The position numbers were made by a program, and so were the translations under genes. Positions 46,301 to 60,190 of a stretch of DNA of 64,000 bases are shown piece by piece. The notes under the pieces were generated by a model that worked only from the letters and a program-made list of their open reading frames with translations, ran no database searches and was not told where the DNA came from. This stretch comes from the human T2T-CHM13v2.0 reference genome, Homo sapiens, in NCBI RefSeq assembly GCF_009914755.1, contig NC_060930.1; one strand, 5' to 3'. Position 1 is the stretch's first letter. Each line of letters begins with the position of its first letter.

Positions 46301-49127
46301 AGGATGTATACATATAGATATTTCTTCGAATATAATGTAACATAAAAATGTGACCCCAAAATTTAAAACTGAAATAGTTGCCTATGTTGAAGGATAAGGA
46401 TGAGGTCCCCCTAATTGTGAAGTCATTGAATTTCTCCTCAGTGCCTTAGGTAGAAGCAGCTGTGGTTTTTGAGCAGGTGAAACTCCTGTTTTACTGTCAG
46501 AATGCAGTGCTGCAGTGAAGACTCACTAGCTTTTAAATCTGTAATTAGAACCAGAGCATGTGAATGCTCCAAAATGGTTTTGGAGTATACCAAGTAGCTT
46601 ACTTTCCATTTCTGTGGTAAAGTATGCATAAGAAAATAAAATTGAGGTCATACAGCCATATGGAGTAAATAAATATATTCATAGAAACTGTCAGGATTAT
46701 TTTTTAAATAATTGTGAGAAAACATCATTTTCTGGAAATATTAGAAATATGTACAAATCGAATCAACTGAGCATCTCACTTTTGTATTATGGCTCCGGCT
46801 GAATTTCTTGATAGAATTATATCTACATTACCACTAGCTGCCTCTTCTCAGTCTTAAGTATAATTCCATTTAGGGGCCCTGTTATTATATCAAAACAGAA
46901 TAAAAATCTAGTTATATAGTTCAAGAGTCTTCACAATTGGGTGCTCTTTGATTGCGCATAGTGTGAACAGCTCATCTTACTAATCTTTGATTCATCTTTA
47001 TCACCTAATCTTATTTTAGCATCCTGAACAGCACCTGCCTGGAAGTGACTGCAACAATTCCAGTTGTATTAACAGTACTAGGACTATACGCAGATAATTT
47101 TATAACTGGGCAGGGTCTCTTACAGTGAAGACAGCTTCAGCTCCAAGAGTTTCAATGTCTCAGTGAACACGTTGCATGTAAGTTTAGATGCATTCTTCAG
47201 TCACCAACGCTACAGGAATACCTACACCAACACTATATTTCTATTCTTATATCAACACTGTAAGAATTCATTAGATATAATAAATAAAGAGCAAATGACT
47301 CAAAAGAATGAATGTATTGCAGCTCCCCATTAGGTAAGCTTCCTAAGAACAGGCAATATATTTCTTTAACACCCTTTAATAGTACAAATATAAAGGAAGG
47401 AAGTAGAGCATAGTCCTAAATAGGAGGCACTCAAGTATCTTGGCTGTCTTTGTTTTTCAAAAAATCATTGATGGTGGATTTTTCTGCGTCCAACTCTGCT
47501 TAAGTGAAACACTCAGAAATCACAAACTTGGCTGTAGTTTCTCAAAGGAGTTACTAATTCCTCTCTAAAAAAAAAACCACACACATCAAAACAGATTCAG
47601 AATGATTAAAGTGCTTTATAATCTCTTGGGGACTATTCACTTGTAATTTGTTATTTCTTGGACTGTCAAAGGCAGCTTTTATGAATGGGGAATGATTGTT
47701 ATTTACAGCCTTATTTGCTTTTGATAGAGGCTTATGCGCTGCCAAGGTTACCCAGGCTTTGAGAAGGAAGAAGATTCACTTTCCCTTTTTTTAGATGAGT
47801 GGTTTGTTGAGTTTGATATAAAGTAGAAAAGACTCTTTTTGCTGTATTAGTAAAAAGAGAAAAATGGAAGAGAAACTTGGAAGGTATTCACATCAAGTGT
47901 AATGAAATACTGATTATGTCATCACATTAATTTGTGTAATGTAGGCTGCCAATATAAAGAATTCAATGCTACTGGTAGAATTTTTAGCCTGAATTAGTTG
48001 ATGTTTCTCTTGCAGTCTGTGTTATGGATTAAATCTCAGATTTAAAAAAAAAAAATAAAGGAAAACAGGAAATATTCAACAAATATTTTGAACAGAACTG
48101 AGAAAATAATTTCCATTCATACAGGTAGGCATACCAATTCACAAATGCAACCCATCTCTTAATTGTACGGAGCTACAGAATTCCTCTTGCCATTGAACTT
48201 GACTTCTTCCTCATATAGTTTGAAAATACGTACATTCAAGGCCGGTATTATTGGTGTCTGCAGGTTCCTGTGCTGCTTCCACACAGCAGTGAGGCTGTTT
48301 AGTGCCTGAGAAGTCGCCTCGCTGCAATATAAAAATTCATTTAGAAGCTCTAGATAAAAACTTAATTAAAAGGTTATGGAAACAAAAGCACCATGTACGA
48401 GGCCTTACAACTTGCTAAGCTCTGGTTCTGCTGAGCCACCAGAGGCAATGAATTCTGCAGGTACTGGGCCTCATCTGTGAAAAATGCCTGGCTGCCAGCA
48501 ATAGACATTCTTGGCCATAATGAGAAACCGAGGAGGGAAAGCTTGTCTTCTTATGAATTAGCTACTGAGCAACTACTGCCTCGTGTATCAAGACCCCCTT
48601 CTGGAATTTCACCTGAAATATGCTCCTAACATGAAGGCCATGAGAAATATGAGAGGCTTTTAAAGCTCCAGCTTGGGGTCTCCTATTGAGAAGTCAAGCT
48701 GTGCAAAGCTGTTTGTGCACTGCCATGTCTCAAACATATGCAGACTTGTGATCTGCTTTTTCTTCTCCTTAATAATATACAAGTCTAGCTAAAATCCAGT
48801 TTTTATGTTTCACACCATCATCTCAAAATGTAAATAAAAAGGATGCTTCCCAACCAACAGTTTCTCCAGCTGTCGTGGAGATGTCATTTATTGAGTTACT
48901 GTGCGGGGTCAGGCACCTAATTTGTGCTCAGTAAATAAAGTTGAATAGAAGAATACATGTTCATGAAGTGGGTGCTATTGTTCCTTGAACTAAAGAGGTA
49001 AAGTAACATACCCAAAGTCACACCCACAATGTGACATCAGAATGCATCTTCTTAAGCAGTGCAGACTCTACTAGTCCCAAAAGACCTTGATTTTCTCTGA
49101 ATCAAACCAACTGGATTCTTTTTATCT

Positions 49128-49362
49128 AGGGTGGTTCTAGATTTTGCGGGGCCTAAATCTCGAACCATCCAAGGTGGTACTAGATTTTGTCGGGTTCTAC
49201 ATTTTGTGAGGTCTCAAGCTGATACAATTTGAGAGACCCTCTTTAAGAAAAAGAATACAAAATCAGGCATATGCAATTCTCAACAGGGCCTTGGAGAGAG
49301 CTCAGTGCAAGCAATGGGCCCCAAAGCTTAAGCTGCTTTGGTTTCGTGGTAAACCCTACCCT
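49128..49362 (+). mobile_element. MER53-like hAT MITE with rearranged left end
   Basis: AAGCT.ATACAATTTG..CCCTCTTTAAGAAAAAGAATACAAAAT..AAGCTTAAGCT..GGTAAA. Confidence 0.75.
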
Positions 49363-50016
49363 TTTCTCCTCATTCTGCCTTGGCTTCCATCTTCAGAGTG
49401 GTACTTCCTTAGAAACAGCCACTGTGGAGTCAGGGAGATAACCCACTGGTTCATGTAAACACATAATATTTTGACCTAAGTCTTGGTTCATCTTCTTACA
49501 GCAGTTTCCCCCTAAATTCTATGTGGAAAGAAAGCTTGCAAGATAGATTTTTCTCTAAGAACTCAGAAAAATCTCTCTTGTGAGGTACTTGGAATACAAG
49601 GACATGATTATTGGCCTCAAGTGTCTCACAATCTATAAGGGTAGACAGACATGTTAACAGCTATCATCCAGTGTGATAAATGCTGTAAGACAAGAGTGCA
49701 TAAAGTGTTCCAGTGGTCCCATCTGTTTTTAGAGATTGGCCTCTGACTCTGCCATCTCAATGAAGCCTTCTCATACTTTTCTGTCTCTCACTGATCTCCT
49801 CTGAAGTGATGAGACACTTTGGATCTGTACTGAAGGAACACGTAACAACTTGAGCAGTCCAGCCTGATCTTCCCATCTAGACTGAAAGCTCCTTGAAAGT
49901 GGGTGGTCTACCTGTCTCCACGGGCTCTATAGGGTAGGCACTCAATAACTTTCTGACTGAGTGAATGACTGAACCACTGATGGGTGGACGTCGATGGAGG
50001 ATGGCACTCTTTCTGA

Positions 50017-50379
<363 letters not shown>

Positions 50380-50494
50380 GGTAAAACTTTTTAAAAATTT
50401 TTTAACTCTACATTTTAGTGTGCTCTTGAGAGGTAGGAACATTTGATGTTTTATCCCAAAAGGGGATTCACAAAATTAATTTTCTCTATATATG

Positions 50495-51207
50495 TTTTTT
50501 AATTGAGGTAAAATTCATAAGACATAAAATTAATCATTTTAAAGTGAAAAATTTGGTAGCATTAAGTACATTCATAATGTTGTACAACAACCCCCTCTAT
50601 CTTGTTCCAAAATATTTTCATAACCCCAAAAGGAAACCTATACCCCTTAAGCAGTCACTATCCATTTCTTCATCTCCCCAGTCCCTGGCAACCATTAATC
50701 TGATTTCTATCTGTATGGAATTACTTATTCTGGATATTTTATATAACTGGAATCAAACAATATATGACCTATAGTGTTTAACTTCTTTCACTTAGCATAA
50801 TGTTTTCAAGGCTTATCCAGGTTAGAGTATGTATCATTACTTCATTCCTTTTATGGGTGAATAATATTCCACTGTGATAGACCACAATGTGTTGATCAGT
50901 TCATCCACTAACAGACACTTGGGTTGTTTCCTTATTTTGGCTATGTGAATAATGCTAATATGATCATACATGTGTGATCAATTTGTTTGAGTCTCTGTTT
51001 TCAGTGCTTTGGGGTATAGATCTAAGAGTGGAATTTCTGGATCATATGGTAATTCCATGTTTAACTTTTTGAGGAGCTGGTGAATTATTTTCCATGGCAG
51101 CTGTACCATTTTACATCCCCACCGACAATGTACGAGGGCCCCGATTTCTCCATATCCAATACTTATTATTTTTTTAAATTAATATTATAGACACTCTACT
51201 GAAATGG
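50495..51207 (-). mobile_element. L1MB (MB7/8-like) 3' end
   Basis: TTAATTGAGGTAAAATTCA..ATTAAGTACATTCATAATGTTGT..CCCTGGCAACCA..GGATCATATGGTAATTC. Confidence 0.82.
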
Positions 51208-51348
51208 AGGTAAATTTTATGTTCCAATTATTACCCTCACTTTTCTAAATATATTCAATAGCCCTACGGGTTGATTCATATTCCATTTCCACTTTTCAAT
51301 TTGAGTCCCAGAGTCTCAGAACCTGGTTGTTTTAAAACATTTGCTAAG

Positions 51349-51923
51349 TGTGGTGATTCATCAAGGATCTACAACCAGAAATACCATTTGACCCAGCAAT
51401 CCCGTTACTGGGTATATACCCAAGGGATTATAAATTATTCTGCTATAAAGACACATGCACATGTATATTTATTGCAGCACTGTTCGCAATAGCAAAGACT
51501 TGGAACCAACCCAAATATCCATCAATGATAGACTGGATAAAGAAAATGTGGCACATATACACCATGGAATACTACGCAGCCATAAAAAAGGATGAGTTCA
51601 TGTCCTTTGCAGGGACATGGATGAAGCTGGAAACCATCATTCTCAGAAAACTAACACAGGAATAGAAAACCAAACACCGCATGTTCTCACTCATAAGTGG
51701 GAGTTGAACAATAAGAACACATGGACACAGGGAGGGGATCATCACACACCAGGGCCTGTAGGGGGCTGGGGGGCTGAGGGGGATAGCATTAGGAGAAATA
51801 CCTAATGTAGATGATGGGTTGATGGGTGTAGCAAACCACCATGGCACGTGTATACCTAGGTAACAAACCTGCATGTTCTGAACATGTATCCCAGAACTTA
51901 AAGTATAATAATAATTAAAAAAA
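51349..51923 (+). mobile_element. L1PA7/8-like 3' fragment
   Basis: 3' UTR ..CCCAGAACTTAAAGTATAAT with TSD ATTTGCTAAG (51339-51348, 51924-51933). Confidence 0.9.
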
Positions 51924-52510
51924 ATTTGCTAAGAATCACTAAGACCATGTAACATTGTCTATAAATGAAATATTCTCAGGATGGAGCATCAGGAGATAGA
52001 GATCAGTCAAATAAAGAAGGATGCTCAGCTGATCAATCTCCCTAAAAGTAAATGTTAAAGAAATTTCAAAATTTTACCCAGCAAAAGTGAAGACTTATAG
52101 GTAAATTTCATTTCAGTTATTTAATTTAGTCTTCATATTTTTAGACTACTCCGAAAAGTAGATTTCTAGAAGTAGATTAAAAAACAAACACAACAGCATG
52201 TTGATTATCTGAATTACATTTTATCCTCAGCAAAACTTACTTTGTTGTTATTGGCTAATTTTCTTAATCAAATATTTAGGTATCTTACACCCCTTGACTT
52301 CTATTTTTCACATGTAGAAGGTAACATTTGAAGATCAGACATTCCAGTTGCATTCTTTTTTGGAGTTTGTGTTTGAGAGGCTACTAATCTGAGAGCTGGG
52401 CTGCAGGAAACTCTGAAGGAAGATGAGGATGTGCACAGCGGGCCACTCCCTTGACTTACTTTTATAAATTATAAACTTACAGAACTTTGGACTTGTAAAG
52501 AAGTTTGAGG

Positions 52511-52817
52511 CTTTTTTTGGTTTTTGTTTTGTTTTAGACAGTCTCGTTCTGTCGCCCAGCCTGGAGTGCAGTGGCGTGATCTCGGCTCACTGCAGCCTCT
52601 GCCTCCCGGGCTGAAGCGATTCTCCTGCCCCAGCCTCCCCAAGTAGCTGGGATTACAGGTGCCCCCCATCATGCCCAGCTACTTTTTTTGTATTTTTAGT
52701 AGAGACAGGGTTTCGCCATGTTGGCCAGGCTGGTCTCGAACTCCTGACCTCAGGTGATCTACCTGCCTCGTCCTCCCAAACTGCTGGGATTACAGGCGTG
52801 AGCCACCATGCCCAGCC
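52511..52817 (-). mobile_element. AluSx
   Basis: Full dimer with TSD TGTAAAGAAG(C)TTTGA. Confidence 0.95.
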
Positions 52818-53099
52818 TGTAAAGAAGCTTTGATGTCAGTGATTTTAAAACAGATCTTTCAGAAGAACCTCTCCCGTACTATTTTTTTCCAAAATAAATA
52901 CTATGCAGACATAAGACAATACATTAGACAAACAAGCAGAAACAAAACAGCAACCGAAACCTCAACAACAAACAGAAGTGGAACTGCTCTGGTTAGTCAG
53001 GAGTGGGGGCTTGGAGCCCTCATACTACTGAGCAGTGTCTGACTGTCCTAATCTATGTGACCCCCAAGGCATTCGTGGTTCCTTCTCAGATGCTGCAGA

Positions 53100-53360
53100 A
53101 CACAATCTGGAAAGCTCTGATCTAGTTCATGGCCCTCTCTCTGCTATGGAAGATTCCAGCTGCTGCTTGAACCATGTAACTGACAAGGAGCTCACTCCCT
53201 TTGGAGGTATCGTATTCCATTTGTGAACAAGTCCAAATGTTAGAAAGAAATTGGACACGTTGATGCAAACCTTTGTCCCTGTAACTTTAATCTGTTAGTT
53301 CTTATCTCACCTTTTGGAACTCTAAATCTCTTTTCCACATGACAGCACTTCAGGTGTGCT
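53100..53360 (-). mobile_element. L3/CR1 fragment
   Basis: TGACAAGGAGCTCACT..ATTCCATTTGTGAACA..TGTTAGAAAG..CCACATGACAGC.CTTCAG. Confidence 0.65.
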
Positions 53361-53535
53361 GTCTCCTTTTTTAGTTGACATATCCCCAGTTATTTCCACC
53401 TCTGCAGACATGACATAGTTCCCAGACCTTTGCTGCCTTCATCACTCTTGTCTGGAATGCCTCCGGATGTCCTGGACCATTTATTCCGGGTGTGGACTGA
53501 CCAGTGTTGAATACAGAGGACCTTCTTCCCCTGCA

Positions 53536-53840
<305 letters not shown>

Positions 53841-54917
53841 TTCCCTGCCTGGACTTCCACCAAAGAACCTGAAGCCTGGATGTTTTTTGGCAGCCCAGGT
53901 TCACCATTAGCATGAATGAAACTTGCAATCAACAAAAGCCAGATCTTTTCCACGTGAACTGATGATTATCCAGTCAACTTAAACCTCTAAAAGGTTATGT
54001 TTGGAAGTGAATCCGTAGAATATTCAGTCTGGAAAATAATTACCTATATACACCATAATGCATTTAGAATGTAAATTTCTTTTTCAGTTATCTACTATTG
54101 AGGATTATCCATGGTTTGGCCATCCTATGAGAATAAAATAAAGTGAGAAGTGGCAGATTTTTTCTGTACAACAACTATATAAAGGATATTTAAATAAAAT
54201 CCTTAATAAATAATACAAGAGACATAAATAAACATATCCCAGAAAGCCTAATGGTGTAGTGCAAATCCCTTTTTTCCATTCTTTTGGATTTTTCAGGCTC
54301 TTATGACTTGTCTAATCACATGTTAGCATCAATAGTAATGATGCTTATCTTTTTATTATATAGTTTTTCTAGGTTACCAAAGTGCTTTGATAAACATTAC
54401 TGCATTAAGTTTCCCATAATCCTCTGAGATAGGTCAGGCAGGTACAGTTAATCTCCTTTTTCATGTAAGACAACTGAGGCCCAGAGACAGGGCATAATGC
54501 ATAAAAGGTTGCCCAGCCAGGGATGACAGTGTGACCGTACATCCCAGTTTGCCTCAAACAATCCCAGTTTATACAGGTTGACCTGGTCGGTGAACTTTTT
54601 TTTAGCAATCTGGTTGGTGAACTTTTTTTTGGAAAAAACTAGATATCTGGATTTGGACAATAACTAGAATGATGCTCTTAAGTAAGGACTCACGCTGAAC
54701 TGCACCGCCTCTTCCCTCTGCTCTGTGCTCCCTTGCATCCACACGTGCCAGTGGTGAAAAGTTCATTCAGAGAACTCAGGTTACATTTTCTTCATAGTCT
54801 TTGGCATCAGAAAACGGTCTCAACCCAGGGGCAATTTGTCTTAAATGACTTCCACTGCTGACATGTCTGACCCAAAACGTCCCTCCATATGGAGCTCTGA
54901 GTAGACAAACTATTTCT

Positions 54918-55723
54918 TTTTTTTTTAATTTAATTTTTTAATTATACTTTAAGTTCTGGGATACATGTGCAGAACATGCAGGTTTGTTACATAGATATAC
55001 ACATGCTATGGTGGTTTGCTGCACCCATCAACTGGTCATCTACATTAGGTATTTCTCCTAATGCTATCCCCCTCAGCCCCCCAGCCCCCAACAGGCCCTG
55101 GTGTGTGATGTTCCCCTCTCTGTGTCCATGTGTTCTCATTTTTCAACTCCCACTTATGAGTGAGAACATGTGGTGTTTGGTTTTCTGTTCTTGTATTAGT
55201 TTGCTGAGAATGATGGTTTCCAGCTTCATCCATGTCCCTGTAAACACATGAACTCATCTTGTTTTATGGCTGCATGGTATTCCATGGTGTATACGTGCCA
55301 TATTTTCCTTATCCAGTCTCTCATTGATGGATATTTGGGTTGGTTCCAAGTCTTTGCTATTGTGAACAGTGCTGCAATAAATATACATGTGCATGTGTCT
55401 TTACAGTAGAATGATTTATAATCCTTTGGGTATATACCCAGTAATGGGTCAAATGGTATTTATGGTTCTAGATCCTTGAGGAATCACCACACTGTTTTCC
55501 ACAATGATGGAACTAATTTACACTCCCACCAACAGTATAAAAGTGTTCCTATTTCTCCACATCCTCTTCAGCATCTGTTGTTTCCTGACTTTTTAATGAT
55601 CACATTCTAACTGGCATGAGATGGTATCTCATTGTGGTTTTGGTTTATTTCTGTAATGACCAGTGATGATAAGCTTTTTTTCATATGTTTGTTGGCCACA
55701 TAAATGTGTTCTTTTGAGAAGTG
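54918..55723 (-). mobile_element. L1PA7/8-like 3' fragment
   Basis: 17-bp TSD GTA(G/T)ACAAACTATTTCT (54901-54917, 55724-55740) and TTCT/AA endonuclease site. Confidence 0.92.
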
Positions 55724-56885
55724 GTATACAAACTATTTCTAAGCAGTCAGGTGATGAAAAGAGGATCTACCGATATGTTTTACGGTCCTAGAAGGTATCT
55801 GGAGTCAGGATAAAGCAAAGTCTAAACCATGGGTTTAAGAGGCCAGAGCTGGATAATTGTAGTTCTTTCCTTATGTGAAAATTTGAAAGCTGAGTGATCT
55901 GCAAATGATGGGAAATTAGTTTAAAAGCAGAAAAATAGAGTTCTTCTCTCATCTTTTCTCAGCAATTTCTATAAGCCAAAAAAATTGTAGGTTTTTCAAG
56001 ATGTGTTTTGAAAGATATTAGGATTCATAAAAGATTATTATGTGCACATATAGTAAATGAGATGAAGTTCTATTCTGTGGTCATTCATAAATGTTTAGTG
56101 ACACGCCCTGCACTGTCAGGACCTAGTTAATAGAAGCTATAAAAAGCAGCAATCCACAAAAACACTTTTGGGATATTTTGTGTGTTTTGTGAAGAATTTT
56201 TCATGTGGGTTTTGATTGCCTCATTGAGATGACCATAGTAATATGAACAAGAAACAATATTTTGTACATAACGTACACTGGGAATCTAATCAAAGCATTT
56301 GAAAAGATAGTGACAATAATAAATGTAAACTATTAATATTATTGTTTGGGACATCTGTCAAACTGTATTTGGCCTCATACTTCCCTCATTGGAACATTTG
56401 AGCCCTCATCAATCACACATCATTCCCAAAGGCAACAAATCATAATGGCTATTTCTCCTTTAGGACAAGGCTAAGCTTAAAGAATTTAAGTCCTGCCAGT
56501 GGCAGTAAGACTAAGTGCTAACAGGGGAAAGATATAAAGAGTTTTTTTTTCTTTTTGTTAGGAGCATTAAAAACAGTCACCAAACCATTGATTTTGATTT
56601 AACAGCTTACAAAGCTTCATTAAAAAGATTTTATATGTTTTCCTTTTCAATTCCCAACAATGAAAAGAACTTACTTATTATTAAATCTGTATTTTGTACA
56701 GACTTCTTCCTTATATTTCCAAGAAATAATTTTATATATGTATATGTATGTGCATGATTGTTTGTTCCTGTCTTTTTTATTCCTCATAGTATAATTGTAG
56801 AGTTTATCTTTAGTCCAAAAACTAGATAAAATCTTATCAAGGTAATTTAACTAATTCCTCGACTCCCTTTGGGACATTACCAAGA

Positions 56886-57175
56886 CATTTGAGACTTATA
56901 TGAACCTAAACCTTACAGACAAGCATTACCTCATACCTTATAGCCACACCTAGGTCTAAACATTGTAGACATACCTAGGCCTACACTTTATGGACACATA
57001 TTGGCTTGCAGCTTTTAGGCCCTTAGAAGCTGATCTTTGATAGATATATATAGATCTATAACCATGTACATAGACTTCTAGGGGCCTATACCTTAGAGAC
57101 ATGTATAGGACTTTACCTTATATACACATGTAAGCCTGTAGCTTGGAGCCACCTAGAGGCCTAGACATATAGAAA
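56886..57175. repeat. Highly diverged 25-bp minisatellite, ~11.5 units
   Basis: Units start at 56886, 56911, 56936, 56961, 56986, 57011, 57036, 57061 (30 nt), 57091, 57116, 57141, 57166. Approximate consensus CCTTATAGACACATATAGGCCTATA. Confidence 0.8.
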
Positions 57176-57529
57176 GGACCAAAATTCCTTGATGAACATT
57201 TTAAGGGCTAAGCATGCACCGTTGAGATGTTCTTATAATCACAGACTTTTCCAACTTAAAGGTTCAACATCCTAGGATCTCTCTCCCTCTGAATATTTGA
57301 TGGACAAGGAAATTGAGACTCCAGGTGATTTGCATTAAGCTTGCAGATTTGATGATCAAGGACAACTCTTAAGTGTTCTGATTCTAGGCCAGTACCTATG
57401 CTCTAAGAGCATAACCACAGCTGTTCTTTGAATACAGAATGTACAGACATTCTGACCTCAGCATAATATGCTAGATTTGGAACCTGATTGGTGCAATAAA
57501 TATGAGTAGATAAATTGATCTTATTCATA

Positions 57530-57854
57530 AGTTGAAATTCATATATTGAAATCCTAATACCCAAAGTGATGGTATTGGGAGATGGGGTCTTTGGAAGGTG
57601 TTTAGGTCATGAAGATAGAGCCCTTATTAATGGGATTAATTCTCTTATAAAGGAGACCTCCTTGCCCCTTCTGCCATGTAAAGACATAGTGAAAACGATG
57701 ACTGTTTACGAAACAGTAAGTGAGAGCTCACCAGATACTGAATCTGCCTTGATTTTGGACTTCCCAGCCTCCAGAACTATGAGAAATAAATCTACTGTTC
57801 ATGAGCTACATAGTTTATGGTATTTTTTATAGCAGACAGAACAGACTAAGAACA
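57530..57854 (+). mobile_element. MLT1A0-like LTR
   Basis: AAATTCATATATTGAAATCCTAA..GGACTTCCCAGCCTCCAGAACT..GACTAAGA. Confidence 0.82.
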
Positions 57855-59969
57855 AACCATTATTGAGCAACCTTTTTTATTTCTAAACCTCCCTCATGTT
57901 ATGTTCCTTTATATGTAGATATCTAAAAACCTACCCCAGTGTCAAAATGGAGTCTCTTAAGATAGCCCAAGGCATTCTGATATTTTTGCAGTTAATACAT
58001 TTCATTTAAAACATCACTGAGGCAGATTGTTGTCAGCTTGTAATTTATTTAAATTGGTGTTAGTTTCATTTCCATTTCTGTGGTCTCTGGCTTAGCATTT
58101 CAGAGGCAGAAAGCGAATCTGAGTTCAGAAAATGCCATATTTGCTTTTGGAAACATATGTTAAATCTTGCAAGGCCTATAAGTAATGACTGATTTCAAAA
58201 TTAAAAATAAATAAAGAAACCCAATGGCAAGGCAGGTACCTTATTTTCAAATAAGAAGGTGAACATTTTTAGAAGGGCTGTCTTGGATATTGGAAACTGC
58301 CAAGCAGGCCAGTGCAGTCTGGGGCTAGCATGAAGTATTGATTCAGATGTCATAATTAAATGAGCCTGAGACTGAGCTCAGATAGACACTCTTTGGAAAG
58401 ATGGATAAAGAGTCAGGAAGAGATATGAGTTAGAGTCTCTTTCCCTAATAGTACTTGTCAGAATTTCAAGGGTGAGAGGTTCTATCAATTGGAACAAGAA
58501 CGGCGTGGGTGTGATGGGATTTGGCACCTTATCAATTCTCTCCCTTCTAAGAGAACATGTGTGACATCTGTGATTTATTTCTGATCTACCAGTCTGGTGA
58601 GCATGAGTCTTGAGTTTGCTGCCAAATTACTGCACTCGTCTACATGCTAAAAGGCTGCTGTCACATTTAAGACTGTCAGAAATTCAGATCCTTCCCATGG
58701 GTGATCCCAGAGAGCACACAGAATAGGGACTTACTTTTTGCTTGTGGCGAGCCACGTGTGGGAGTTATGTTGTTACCAATCAACTTACATTAATCATGTT
58801 AGCTTTTCCCGCCTCAACATCTGCATATATGATTAAAACAATATTATTGCCATATCAATGGAAATATAAAACATGAAATAAATTCTCCTATAATCTTACC
58901 ACCCTGACATAAATGCTACCTTCACAGCCTCTGTTCATATGTACTCTGTAACATTATATTAACTTTTAGAAAACTTTTTCTGATCAACAGCAATTTATCC
59001 CATAGGGAGATATCTTCAAAATTGAGGAGGAGGACATTCTTAGTTGAATGTGAAAAAAGAAGAGCACTCTAAAATCTATGGCACATCATGGGGAGGAAAT
59101 AAATTAGATTGCAACAGCTTCTGAAAGGGACACACATTTTCCTTATCGCTAGTGTGGCTCTTGGAAGGTCTTTCATTTGCCAGCCAACTCTATATGGATT
59201 AGGTCCTCTGATCTTTACATCCTCACCCTCAAAGGAAAGAAGCAGGTGATGATATAAGCATATAGGGCATCAGTGATATTTTATATTTTTCTTTAAATGC
59301 CACCTCTTCCCAGGTCCATAGCAGGGAGAGATATCATTTAAAGTTGACACCGCAGTTCCTCTGGCCACTGAATCATGACCTTCTGACCTGGGAGCTAGCC
59401 TGAATCTATAGGATTTATCAAGAAGACCTTAATATTGCAGAATGGCAGTCCTCACCAATCATTTGTTCACCATCTCTCTTTTCTTGTTCTATCCTCATTA
59501 TTAGAAGAGTCATTATTTTAAGCCATTCAGTTGCCTCAGGAACTGTAAAGTAACCCTAGTGATAATTCTCCATGGCACTTAGAACCACATAGTGTTCCCC
59601 TGATCATTTGGCCTAACTTACTCAGAAAATGAAATTTACAAATTTTTTTGATTCCCAAGGTTTTGCGCTACAAAGGCTGTTGCCATCTGTTTTCTTGTCT
59701 AAGAATTGTAATCAAACTGGAAAACCACCAGGATGTATTTTATTTATTGACAGGCTAACCTCCTGCATATTTATAAGATGTAGGTTACGAATGTGTGCAA
59801 ACTGACCAAAAATGTGATATAAACTGTTTTACATGGTGGGAAGTGCTCACATTTTTTTTAGAATTCTAAAACTGGAAAGACTCTTAGTTATTCTATTGCC
59901 CAACTCCCTAATCCGACAAATAAGGAACAGGAGGCTCCAAAAGGTTATCAGCCCAGAATCTGAGACTTC

Positions 59970-60190
59970 AAGCAGTGTAGCACAGGCTTTGAAGTCAAAA
60001 GGCCTGGCGTGAACCACTGATTTGTCTCATACTTAATCCTTGGAAATCCGTGAGCAATTTACTCAGCTTCTCTCTATAGCTTTGTGTCCTCAGCTGTAAA
60101 ATGGAGAGGAGATACCTGTTCCAAAGTTGTCGGGAGGATTAAATGAGATAAGTTAACAAAATGCTGAGCCCACCATTCCTGGCACATTTT
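59970..60190 (+). mobile_element. MIRb
   Basis: GTCCTCAGCTGTAAAATGG..GAGGATTAAATGAGATAA..CCTGGCACA. Confidence 0.72.

Noticed and set aside
48435-48447. CTCF site GCCACCAGAGGCA
   Set aside because: One G short of the CCASYAGRKGGC core, so spacing is broken. Not supportable without ChIP data.
54583-54630. 27-bp-period duplication CTGGT(C/T)GGTGAACTTTTTTTT as a terminator or regulatory motif
   Set aside because: A simple local duplication beside MIR and MER81/94-like debris, with no hairpin or Pol III gene upstream.
56886-57175. CRISPR-like array
   Set aside because: Contiguous diverged units with no identical repeats, unique spacers or cas genes, in primate DNA.
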